A stretch of DNA of 64,000 nt from Eledone cirrhosa (Eukaryota). Shown here in pieces: positions 1 to 11,995 of this stretch. Within the stretch, counting starts at the first letter, position 1; each line of letters begins with the position of its first letter. The position numbers and the translations under genes are program-made. Under the pieces are notes generated by a model. That model saw only the letters and a list, made by a program, of their open reading frames with translations, ran no database searches and was not told the DNA's origin. The DNA lies in assembly GCA_964016885.1 (NCBI GenBank), contig OZ024743.1, positions 367,288,001 to 367,352,000 on the forward strand, given 5' to 3'.

Positions 1-1130
1 AGTAAAACTTACAATTGAGAAGTTTCAAAGTAAACTTATGAATGATTGCTGTTTTAGTTAGTCACTAATCCAATGATGCGAGCCTAGACAGTGTGGGTAA
101 ATGCTTTCTGGCATGCAGAACCCCTGGTGAAAGCCACTTCATTGTCCCAGCAAACAGAATAGAGAAAATATTGTACTGGAGGATAGTGAGGGAGATGGTG
201 TGGGGAGCAAGAACACCAGAAGTCTCCACTGTTACATGTTTAACAATGAGTTAGTGGGAAATACAACAGGACTCTACCACCATCAGGGAAATGGTTTTAC
301 AGAAAAGGAATGGGTAGAAATTTCATGTAGTGAAAACTATCTACAGTATGGAGCAGTTTTACTGTATCTTCAACTATAAGTAACTATCTATTTGTCATGG
401 CGTCCCCTACTGATAACTATCTATTGTCAGGATACTTGTACCATGGCATCATTCAGAGGCAATCTATTGTCAGTGACCTATACTAGAGATCTAGACTAAT
501 CACACATTTGTTAGCATAGAAGTGTTGACTGCCTTCTTCCTGTCAAATACAATATTACCAGTAATCAAAATAAGATAATTATTATGAGGGAATCGTTATG
601 CTCAAGAGGATGCTGATGCCATCTCTCCTCTCCTTGAAGAATATAATGTGTACAAATTACAACCAATGAGATCATTTTAACAAGTCAAAGTTGAACATTT
701 ATTACAATTTATATAGCAGTCATATGACACAATAATAGTGATGAGTTACATTATGTATGTATATGTCTGTGGGCTCATCTGCTCTCAGTTATTTCAAACA
801 GTTTTGAGGTAATCATATGAATTATAAGAAATTAAAGTTAGAGCTCCTAAAAGAGAGTATTGATAAGCAGAGTTGTTGGATAAAGTTCAACTGGCTGCTA
901 TTGAGCCAATGGTTTTGGATAATAAAAGAAATATTTCAGGATTTATGGTTGCTTAAGAACTGGAAATATTCTAATACAAAGATAAATACCAATGTTGATT
1001 GACTAGGAAAAAAATAACCCCCCAAAGATTTGCTTTATGTCAAGTATCAAATAGTACATAGTATAGTTTTTTTGCTGATTTAATATCAGTTTGAATGTGC
1101 TTGTATGTGTGTGTATGAAAGAATGCTGGC

Positions 1131-1320
<190 letters not shown>

Positions 1321-1995
1321 TAATTTATCTGAGTTTGCCCATGTATGCGTATGTGTATTTCTCTGTGTGTGTATATAGAAAAGAGAGAGAGACTTGAAAG
1401 TTCCATTACTTTGTCTGCTTCTGCAAAATTCTACTAAATTGATATTGATTGCCTGATTTTAAAAAGAAAGAGACTTGAATCATATAAATGATGTAGGGGC
1501 ACCAATAGTTACAAAAACAAATATAATCACCAAATAAGAAGAACAACAACATCAGAAATACAAGATAAATCACCCATTTAGACAGCAATGGCAATAAATG
1601 AATAAAACAAAAACCTCATTCAATCATATGCGGACATCCAGAAAACCTAACAAGATAATATATCTTGATAAATGTTTATGGCTATCTCTTTATACCAGCC
1701 AGCTGGTTTGGTTTGAGATTAAATAATTATCTTGCTAAATTAATGAAATTCTAAGACACCATAAAGTAATCTCCATATGTTTGAATATTTCTAAGGAAAC
1801 CATGATGGAGGAATATGGATTAATAGTGGAGTATTGACAGAGAAAGTTTTAAGTAGTAAGTTCAAATCCTCTTTATAATTCAATATTTTTTTAATAGTTT
1901 ACAAAAGATGAGCAACTTTTGTGAAGTCTGTTTTATTGGGTTGGGATCTCTGCTAAATATTTTTCACATTAAAATTTTGTGTTTTTATTAATTAA

Positions 1996-2220
1996 CACTT
2001 TCATTAACATATTTCTAATGAAAGACACTTCTCATGTGTTGCAAATAATTTTGAAAATTGCCAAGAATTTAAATAGATTGACTAAAATCCCTAAGCTAGT
2101 GTTTGGAATGTAACTTAAAAAAAGGATCCTCTTTAAAATTATGAAGAAAGACTTTAATATAAATAGAGATTTTATATCATAGAATAATAGGTGGTCTTAG
2201 GTGGATTATTAATGAAAGGG
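1996..2220. mobile_element. piggyBac-like MITE
   Basis: TTAA at 1992-1995 and 2221-2224 flanking imperfect TIRs CACTTTCATTAA ... TTAATGAAAGGG. Confidence 0.6.
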
Positions 2221-2234
2221 TTAATTAGAGAAAG

Positions 2235-2395
2235 GTGATCACAGAATCAGTAGAACATTTGACAAAATGTCTTAAGGTGTTTAGTTATATTTGAGTTGAA
2301 AACCTACCATGGTCAATTTTGCTATTCATGTATAGAGTAGATTTAATCATTTGTAGCTTACACTCCTAAACTTGGAGCCTTGTACCAATAGGTAT
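2235..2395 (+). mobile_element. Old, decayed tRNA-derived SINE (same superfamily as the 18248 copy)
   Basis: Diverged match to the SINE body (tgagttgaaaacc...tttgctattcat...gccttgtacc). Confidence 0.45.
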
Positions 2396-4889
2396 GAAAA
2401 AGTCGTGCTCATGGTATTGGTACGGTGATTGAATCAAAGTTTTATCACTGTAAAAAGTTTAAAAAATACGTAACAATGTAACATTTCTTTCTTTTTACTA
2501 ACATCGTCCTTGCTTGTGAGACTACTTCGTTATGAAATCTATGAAATGACTTATATTTAAAGATCTTGATAAATTTGTCACTGTTCTTAGAACCCATTTA
2601 TTCAGTTTCAAATTTACAAAGACTTTCAATCCACTCTTTAATAAATATGATTTAATATCATCCAAGCTAAAATTTAGTTTGATATCAAAGAGTTTAAAGA
2701 CACTATTCTACGTCAATAAGGTTATATTTTCTTCCTATATTTTGACTTATAAGTTGGCAAAAGGATTCATACAGATAATAGAGGACTCTTTAGTTTCTCA
2801 AGGACATGATAAGCTATCTTGTGCTGATGCCATGATAAAATGGACCTAGTACTCTCTGTAATTCAGTCATAGAAACAATGCCAAAAATGGTATGTATGAG
2901 TGAGATATGATCTTCCTCTCCATCTAGGAGGGCAGTAACTCTGAATAAGAACTAACTTAGACCATAACAAGCCATTTAATCTATGCTAATATAGAAAGTG
3001 GATTTAAAATGATGTTGATGGCTTTGATGATGCTGATTAGGAGGAGGTGAATAAGGAACTCTGATAACCAGACAACATAGAATCCAAACAGTTTATCTAA
3101 GACAGTTGAAGTTTAGTAATTCAGAAATATTTTCAACATTTTATATATCATATGATGGTAGAAGTTAGACAGATTTTCAAAATCATATAGTTAAAAATTT
3201 GTTTTATGTCAAGATATCTTAGTTTGATTTCTGTAGAGATAAAGTAGTAATTCATGATTCAAAAATTCAGATCTGTTCAAAATGTTTTCTAATGTTCAGG
3301 AAACTTAATTCAATATTTCAGTTCAAATAAGTGTGAAAAACAGCTACCAAACTTTTATGATGAAGTTACCAGCAATAGATTAGTGTTTTATTCCAATGGA
3401 GATTTATCCCTCATCTTTATGTTATAGAAACTGGAACACACACACACAACTGTATTTAGGGATGATCATAGAATAATTAGATTATTTTTATTCTGAAATG
3501 ACATGTATATTTAATTTTAAAGCCAGGTAGAAAGAGTTATGTTATGATTGAGGAATGTCTGCAGATGTATGTTATGATTTGTATGTGATAGGTACGTTTA
3601 TCATTGAGTCATTAGATCTCTATATCAAAGATAAATGAGGAATATTTCATCCCCTCACACATATATAATCAGATTCACACTGATACATACATAAGCTCCA
3701 CCACACAAATACAGACTTACACATTTACACACACATATATACAAAGAGGCTCACACCAATAATATTATTGGTGTATATATTATGTGTATATATTATGCTC
3801 ACACACCAGTATACACATACTCACATACATACACACATTCACAAGCTGACACAAATGGGGAACACTGTTATATTCTAGAAGATTTAATATGATCATTACA
3901 TAAATGAGAAAGAACTTCTGAATTAAAAATTCATACTTCAACAGAAACATTATTTTTGTTCTCTCATCTACTTCAGTTCACTTTCAGTCATGTCCACATA
4001 TTAAATATTCAACTTGACAGTAATTCACAACTTAGAAGCAGTTATTGATTCTTGGAATTCTTGGTTGTAACACATCTGCTGGATATCACAAAGACATTTT
4101 ATGAAATAGGGATGACAGCAGAATGTTTATGATCAGCTGTTTGTACAAGAATGAGAACTCAGAATGATAGAAGGTGCAAAACATAAAATGATGCTACATT
4201 TTCTCACACCACTACTTCAACCATGATATGATGTACATTTACTTATATTATATGTAAAAACATGATTTCAAGTATGTAGATTTTAGATCTGTTTCAAAAA
4301 GAGTTAATTATTCAGGATTTCTGAGCAGGAAGTGGGGTGTGAGAAGGTGAGTTGTAAGGATAACGAAGAAACAGCATTTAAGTGATAAAATATGGAGGAT
4401 TAATTTACTTGATAGATTAAGTTAACACTCTTCTATTTTGTCTATCTTCTGTCACCCAGTCACTTTCATGCTTCCTCAATACAATGCAACCATCTCATCC
4501 CATTTCTCTTCACAGCATCCATCCCTGGTTTTATTCTCACCATCCTCTGCAAATTCATTATTTTTCTTCCTCACTCTGAGAAATACTCCAATCATTATTT
4601 CTCTTTTTTGTTCTTTCCAGCCTTCTTTGCTGCTCCACATTCATCCCCCATATCTCTCTCTCCCAAGCACCCAATCATACCTATGGAGATTAAAACTGGA
4701 TTGGTTCACTCAATCTTTGTCCCTATCCTCACCTACCTGGACTCTGAATAAAGCACTGAAGTAAACACTCCCAACCTGTGAGATGAGAGGTCTCTAGTGA
4801 GCAGCAGAAAAGACTAGGTTAGATACATAGACATTAGGCAGATGACTAGGGTCATATCTATCAACCAGCTCATAGCTCAACAATGCATC

Positions 4890-7800
4890 AAATAATTTGG
4901 TCACTTGCCGTCCCCCCACTATATCGTATTACGCGCCGGCTAGTTCACCCTTTCAATCACTCCCTTTTCTCACCAAATATAAATAAACCTGTTACGAGGT
5001 ACGAATCTCAGAATTTGTCAACGCTTATTAATGGTCAAACCTCGTCGTCCCCTGCGAAGTGTAATGTAAATCCCATTTTTCTTATCTCTCTCCAGCCTAT
5101 CGGTCCATTCATTCATATATCCGTATCATCGCCCAGAATCCAATCTTTTGCTCTCTCTCAATGCTATTCTATAATTCTGTCTGGTTGTTTCTAAATAATC
5201 TTCTTGTATTTTAAAACCCCATTATTCGCTTATTATTACTGTTATATGCTTGTCCAATTATGCCCAAAATTCGAAGATTTCATTTAAACCCTCTTGCTAA
5301 CAACCCCATACCCCTCCCACCCGCCCCCACTCTCCACCATTATTATTAGGACCAATCATAAGTCAGCGGCCTATGCTATCACTTCTGGTTGCTTGCCGAT
5401 ATGATGGATGGACTATGGAATTCTGGAGAGTCTGAAAATTCTGGACACTCAGTGACAATGCCAAAGATAAAGACAAATTCACCACATGCTGCCGGACGAA
5501 AAGACAAGGACTCCTCCTCTTTGTTTCGGCCGCAGATGGCCAACATAACCCCAACCCCATCTCCCTCACCCTTCCCCGCGTCCCACCGTTCCCACCCACC
5601 AAACGCAATCCAAAACTTCAGAGTTGGTACCATGAATGTAGGCACCTTAAAAGGTCACTCTAACGAGGTTGTAGAAATGCTTGAACGTAAGGAGGTTGAT
5701 GTGTGGGTCTGGTGGAGGGGTGGGTCTGCTAGATTCATTGTGGGTAAAAAACAATGCTATAAGCTTTTCTGGGTGGGAAATAACAATGGGCTGGGTGGGG
5801 TAGGAAGCATGTTAGCAGAAAAATGGGTAGATAAGATAATAGACGTAAATAGAGTGAACGACAGAATAATTAAAATAAGACTTGTCCTAAATAAAACTAC
5901 TGTGACAGTAATATCTGCGTACACACCCAATCCGGACTGCCTGGCTCTATAAAAGACAGATTCTATGAGACATTGATGCTCACTACCTCCCAAATAACCA
6001 ACAATGACTACATAATTATTGCTGGCGACCTAAAAGGTCACATTGGGCAACAGTGTGACGGCTATGACGGAATCCATGGAAATGAGGAAGGCTCCAGAAT
6101 CCTGGAATTCTGCGACGCAAATAACCTAACTATCTGTAACACTAACTTAAAAAAACGAGACAATCACTTGATCACCTACAGATCAGGGGAACACGCCAGT
6201 CAGATAGATTATATCCTTACCAGAAGACATGATAGAATGTCTGTTGTAAACACTAAATCCCTCCCCCATGAAGAATGCACCTCCCAACATAGACTCATAG
6301 TCAGCGACCTCATTAGTCAGAACAAGACGTACTCGACAACAGAGGAGGACTATCCTCAGGAGAAAAATATGGAAGCTAAAGGACCCCACAGCCAGTAATA
6401 AATTTAAAAGCATATTACTTAATGCTTTCGACAGTAAGGAAGAGCAATTAGAGTCATACAATATAGAGGAACAGTGGGAATTCCTGAAAGCTAACCTGCT
6501 GAAGGCGACAGATGAAGTCTGTGGCTGGAGCAGGCCTATAGGCAGGATGAGAGTAACGTGGTGGTGCAACAGTAAGATGGAGGAGTCAATTAAGGCCAAA
6601 AAGGAGGCTTGGAAAGTATGGCGGGATGGGGGAAGTAGAGAAGACTATCAAGTGGCCAGGAGGGAAGCTAGGAGACAAGTGTACTTCGCAAGAAGGGAAG
6701 CAGAGGAAAGAAAGTTCAAGCATGTTCTACAACACAAGGACCAAAAACGTGAGGTCTTCAGGATTGTTAGGCAATGTGTCAAGGAAAACCGTGATATTGT
6801 CGAGGATAAGTGTGTCCTTAATGATGATGGTGTACTTGCCATCACTGACGCTGATAAGAAGGTAGCTTGGAAGTGTCACTACGAAAGGTTACTAAATGAG
6901 GAGAATAAATGGGAGAAAGACAGTCTCCCCCACATCGATCCAATAGAGGGACCAGCAGTGCTAGTTGAAGGTAGTATAATAAGTAAGGCAATCAAAGATA
7001 TGAAGACGGGTAAGGCGGCTGGGCCTTTGGAAATAGTTGCTGAAATGCTGAAAGCATCTGGAACGGTAGGACACACTATGGTCACCCGGATAGTAAACCA
7101 AGTCATACAGAATGGGGCCATTCCGAAGGACTGGCATAGCAGCATCATCATTAACTGCTACAAGGGTAAAGGAGATGCTCTTGATAGGGGTAACTATAGA
7201 GGTATTAAATTAATCGACCAGGTCATGAAGGTCACAGAAAAAGTAATTGCGCAACTAATCAGAGAACGAATTGATCTAGATGAAATGCAGTTTGGGTTTG
7301 TGTCAGGTAAAAGTACCACAGATGCTCTTTTCATTGTACGACAACTACAGAAGTACCTAGCTAAAAATAAACCCCTATACTTAGCTTTTGTTGATTTGGA
7401 GAAAGCCTTTGACAGAGTCCCCCGCTCCATTATCTGGTGGGCGCTTAGAAAACTAGGTGTTGATGAATGGCTTGTGAGAGCTATACAAACCTTGTATAAA
7501 GAAACAGTCAGCAAGGTTAGAATTAACAACGAATATAGTGAAGAGTTTAGCGTAAAAGTTGGTGTTCATCAGGGCTCCGTTCTTAGCCCCCTACTATTTA
7601 TTATTGCCCTTCAGGCTATAACAGAGGAGTTCAAGACTGGCTGCCCATGGGAAATCCTATATGCAGATGATCTAACGCTCATAGCTGAATCAATGGCTAA
7701 ACTAGAGAAGAAATTCCAAACATGGAAGCATGGCCTAGAATCAAAAGGCCTTAAAGTTAACTTGTCTAAGACTAAAGTTCTAGTTTGTAGGAAGGAAAAT

Positions 7801-9006
7801 AGGGCACCGGTCCCATCTGGGAAATGGCCATGCTCAGTGTGTAGGAAAGGAGTAGGCAGAAACTCCATTTTATGTCCCAAATGCAAAGTATGGGTGCATA
7901 AAAGATGTAGTGGGATCACAGGTAAGCTAACTAAGAATATAGATTTTATATGTGGCCGGTGCTCTGGTGCAATAAGTAGCAGCAAGTGCCCACAGAATAC
8001 TAGCTCATTCCATTGCACAGATGGTTCTATAGAAATAGTGGACACCTTCCGTTACCTGGGTGACAAAATCAGCAGTGGGGGAGGGTGCTCTGAAAGTACA
8101 GTAGCTAGAGTCAGAACGGGATGGAAAAAGTTCAGAGAGCTTATACCACTATTGGCCGCTAAAGGGTTCTCTCTAAAAATGAAAGGCAGGCTGTATGATG
8201 CCTGCATACGAACAGCAATGTTGCATGGCAGTGAGACCTGGGCATTGGGTGCAGAGGATATATGCAGACTGGAGAGAAACGAAGCTTGCATGCTCTGTTG
8301 GATGTGTAATAGTAATATACATGAACGGCAAAGCATAAATGAACTAAGGGAGAAATTAGGAATAAGAGGGATCAGATGCTGTTTACTTGAGAGAAGACTA
8401 CGTTGGTATGGTCACGTGATGCGCATGAAAGACGACAGCTGTATAAAAAAGTGCAGGGCGATAAAAATAGACGGTAGCCACGGAGTAGGCAGACCCAGAA
8501 AAACCTGGGACGACTTGATAAATTCCGACCTTACACACTTACACCTCTCCAAGACAATGTCACTGGACCGAGATCTTTGGCGCTACACAGTCATACAGAA
8601 GACCCGCCTTGCCTAAGTACAAAGCGAAACCTACAGTCAGTAGGCACCTCTAACAAAATACACCCCCGTCCCACTACCCCCACCCCATCCACACCACCCT
8701 CCTTATATGTGAAGTTATGTTGGTACCCCAACATCTAGTCCGAAACAAATGAGGTCGTGTAGGTGTCACGACAAAAAAAACACACAGTCCACGATGTAAT
8801 GTGGCCGTGTAGGTAACACGGTAAAAACCTCCCAGTCCACACTGTAAACGTGGTTGGTGTTAGGAAGGGCATCCAGCCATAGAAAACCTGCCAGACAGTC
8901 CTATACGAGCAGGACAACCAATCTTACCTCAAGTGGGAAAACTCCTGTCCAAAACCATGCAAGCGTGGAAGATCGACATTAAATGATGATGATGATGTTG
9001 ATGATT
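4890..9006 (+). mobile_element. Near full-length RTE-clade LINE (subfamily A), frameshifted in the endonuclease region
   Basis: APE endonuclease motifs (GTMNVGTL, ISAYTP, AGDLKGH, SQIDYIL, SQHRL) split over ORFs 5389-5952 and 5973-6398; RT ORF 6547-8616; C-rich 3'UTR with tandem units; (GAT)n tail at ~8985-9005. The 5' boundary is approximate (CpG-richer 5'UTR). Confidence 0.9.
6547..8616 (+). CDS. RTE LINE reverse transcriptase ORF with inserted PHD finger
   Basis: NYRGIKL, QFGF, FVDLEKAFD, GVHQGSVLSP, LYADD, FRYLG; C4HC3 cluster at 7831-7962; C-terminal RLRWYGHV and GRPRKTW typical of RTE. Confidence 0.92.
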   Translation: MRVTWWCNSKMEESIKAKKEAWKVWRDGGSREDYQVARREARRQVYFARREAEERKFKHVLQHKDQKREVFRIVRQCVKENRDIVEDKCVLNDDGVLAITDADKKVAWKCHYERLLNEENKWEKDSLPHIDPIEGPAVLVEGSIISKAIKDMKTGKAAGPLEIVAEMLKASGTVGHTMVTRIVNQVIQNGAIPKDWHSSIIINCYKGKGDALDRGNYRGIKLIDQVMKVTEKVIAQLIRERIDLDEMQFGFVSGKSTTDALFIVRQLQKYLAKNKPLYLAFVDLEKAFDRVPRSIIWWALRKLGVDEWLVRAIQTLYKETVSKVRINNEYSEEFSVKVGVHQGSVLSPLLFIIALQAITEEFKTGCPWEILYADDLTLIAESMAKLEKKFQTWKHGLESKGLKVNLSKTKVLVCRKENRAPVPSGKWPCSVCRKGVGRNSILCPKCKVWVHKRCSGITGKLTKNIDFICGRCSGAISSSKCPQNTSSFHCTDGSIEIVDTFRYLGDKISSGGGCSESTVARVRTGWKKFRELIPLLAAKGFSLKMKGRLYDACIRTAMLHGSETWALGAEDICRLERNEACMLCWMCNSNIHERQSINELREKLGIRGIRCCLLERRLRWYGHVMRMKDDSCIKKCRAIKIDGSHGVGRPRKTWDDLINSDLTHLHLSKTMSLDRDLWRYTVIQKTRLA

Positions 9007-9529
9007 AGGATGCAATTAACTCTCATAACATCCTGTAACAATTTAGCCGAATGTATCTAAAAATGGGCTTGGTAATTCAAATATGTATGGTATCTTCACT
9101 ATTGTACAGAACATTTTTGTGAACATTTGGAACATTAGATTATAATTTTTGATATGATGCAGTCTTAGTGCAGTTTTGTATTTTCTAAAAATGACTTGCT
9201 AATGCAGTTTCATGTGGTACTGGATGTTAAAAGTTAACCAGCTGGCCTTGTGGGCTTATAACACCAAGTGCTCATGTATCAGAGCCAGAGACAAACTGTG
9301 TTGACAGTGCATTGACAGAGTTACAGACTCACTCTGGATCCACAGCAGGATTTTTCTGTAGGCCTTATGTCAACTTCATCTCCCCAAAACACCTTCCTAT
9401 TAGAAGTCCCCAGAAGGGAAAATAAACAAGGCATTTTGCTTGATGCTCTACCAACTCAATTCTGCTGATACCCCCCCCCCCCCCATATTCAAGATATTTA
9501 AAAGAAATTGCTTTTACACCTTAAAAAGT

Positions 9530-9695
9530 ATAGACAATTACACCTATTCATACATTTGATTACATTGACACCAGATTTTAAATAATATTTATTTTATCAA
9601 TGCAAGGCCAAGTCAACTATGATGGGATTTGAATTCAGAACATAAAGGATAGTGACCTAATTTCACAAGATTCTTTGTACAACCCTCTACTGATA
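9530..9695 (-). mobile_element. Old SINE relic
   Basis: Diverged reverse complement of the SINE body (gcaaggccaagtcaac...gggatttgaattcagaacataaagg...ccctctactgata). Confidence 0.5.
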
Positions 9696-9789
9696 TCATC
9701 ATCATCATCATTTTACTTCGCTTTTCCTTGCATAAAAGATGATGATGATTATATATATATATGTAATAAATGAATAATAAGCTTCAGAA

Positions 9790-10050
9790 AGCCAGTATAA
9801 TGTGATAGAAATGTAGAAAGGGCAAAGGATAACAAATAAAACAAAACAAGGAGGCCATTATCATCAACAAGAAAGGGCCACAAATAAATAATAGATTGGA
9901 AATGCATGAAGCGGATTGGCTACTATATCAGCTCCACATGTGTATTTTAGACACTTAAGCTAGTTAGAGAAAAACACATCGATCATTTGTTTTTGTTTTG
10001 AACTGTTTCCATTTTACAGGCAATAGCCCTGAAATATCATGTTGAAATAT
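9790..10050 (+). mobile_element. Penelope-like element 3' relic (end of GIY-YIG plus pLTR)
   Basis: Resembles the reverse complement of 18750-18970 (aaggaggccattatcatc..., ctgtttc...ctgaaatatcatg); encodes a KEAIII-like end of a GIY-YIG domain. Confidence 0.45.
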
Positions 10051-11689
10051 AAAGAACCCCACCCTTTGCTCATATTTTCGTTACTGACATCAACCTACAG
10101 AAGTTTAAACTGTATATGAACCATACAAGCCTGTATATTGCCACTCTCCCTCCCTAGATACATTTTGTTTGATAACACAAAAACAAAAACAAAAAAAACA
10201 AACAAAAAAAAAAGCAAAATGGTAGCAGATGGATATCTTTGATCATAGTTCTGCTAGATCAGGGCTGACCTGAGGTTAAACAATAATGACAACTCTCATT
10301 CTATGACGGTTTACAAATACTATTGGCACTACGCCTTCTCCTAGGGCTAAAATAAAGGAAACATTTATATTGCCATATATTCCTCTTTATTACACAGTTT
10401 TATACCTGACAATATATGCATGTGTGTGTATGTATTGAATCTTGTATAATGGAAAATGAAGGTTCCTTGAGCTGAATGCTTTATACAGACATACATATTC
10501 CCACGTTTACACAAACATGCATATGCATGTACACACACACACACTTACACATACATACACATGCATAAAGGTATAGGCATTCAGAAACTTACAGAGAAAG
10601 CAGGGAAAGGATAGAGAGGAGCAGAAGGTGAAGGAGGAAGATGGGGAAGCAGATGAAGGATGTTAAACATTAAAACACTGTAGGAGGATACAACATCAAC
10701 ATCGATAGATATAACATAGTTGTTATAGTAGAGATCAATAAATATTAGAAAATCATAAAAAGTATAAAAGCATAAACTGTAGCAGTATTTAATTACATTA
10801 AATTTAGATATGATGATGATGATGATGATGATGACAGTACTGATTATAAAGATAAAGATGATGATGATGCTGATGCTGATGAAGACAGCAATAAAGGCTA
10901 CAGTGGTGGTGGTGGTAAAGGTTGTGTTAATAATGACAGTAAAGATGATGATGATGATGATGATGATGAAGATAGTGATTCACTATATATATGAGATTGT
11001 GCACAGTTTTACACCACACTGTTACTGAACAGATACAGAAAGGGTGAGGAATATGGGGAGGCATGGGGGAGTTACTTTTTATTACTTCCTGTTATATTTC
11101 GAAGACATACATACACACATTGAATTCTGATCTAGTGCTTTAGTAGTCCACAAAGGAGGAAGAACTCAATATTAGCATGTGTTTGCTAAGCTTCTTCTCT
11201 GAAGTGACTTAGTGAACATTAGCTTTGCTGAAATATTGTAGTTATGTTGAAAAAAATGAATAAATCACCCCCCCCCCCCCTCTTTCTCTCTATATATATA
11301 GAGAGAGTATTCTACAGATATTGGTACCCTTAACCTAATCCACTAGGAATTCTCAAATTTTGTCAGCTCAATTTCACTCACAAGATTTGGGTTGACCTAG
11401 GACTATGACAGAAAGCAACATTTAAAGAAAAACATATAACTATATCTTGCAGCAAAAATCTGAACAAATGTTAATACAATTTTGCTAATCTAATTATACA
11501 CAGAAAGAGGAAGAGTCTTTACATGTTTCACAGCTTGTTGGCTGTTTATCAACAGACAAATCCCCATGAAGAGAACTTATAGCACACCCATAAAGATAAC
11601 TAATAGCATATTGCTATTTATATCAAACACAAACAAGATGTTAACTGAAATGGTCAGTCTAATTTGCATCCATACACATCCCATGTCGT

Positions 11690-11995
11690 AACACCCCACC
11701 CCTAGATCTACCTCCCCCACCCAAGTCCCCAATCGATACTATAAAGGGGTCATTTTGGTGCCATGACAATGAGTGCCCAGCCCACACTAACGTGATTGTG
11801 TAGGTGTTACAACAAAAAGCACCCAGTCCACACTATAAGATGGTTGTGTAGGTGTCATGATAAAAAGCACCTATTCCAGACTGTAAAGTGGTCATGTAGG
11901 TATCACAATAAAAAGCACCCAGTCCACACTGTAAAGTGGTCATGTAGGTGTAACAACAAAAAGCATCCAGTGCACATTGTAAATGTGGTTGGCGC
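11690..11995 (+). repeat. RTE 3'UTR relic with about 5-6 tandem ~43-nt units
   Basis: Repeated acaaaaagcacccagtccacactgtaaagtggtcatgtaggtgt, the same unit found in the RTE 3'UTRs at 8755-8860 and 20410-20510. Confidence 0.8.

Noticed and set aside
1-700. Stop-free stretches in unique-looking sequence
   Set aside because: Short, no recognisable homology, no convincing splice signals.
1406-1650. Hydrophobic minus-strand ORF and possible small exons
   Set aside because: No recognisable protein; T-rich composition explains the hydrophobicity.
10810-11028. Poly-Met ORF
   Set aside because: (GAT)n microsatellite.
11750-11995. Regularly spaced repeats resembling a CRISPR array or a repeat peptide (ORF 11796-12044)
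   Set aside because: Head-to-tail tandem units with no unique spacers, identical to the RTE 3'UTR unit, in a eukaryotic context with no cas genes.
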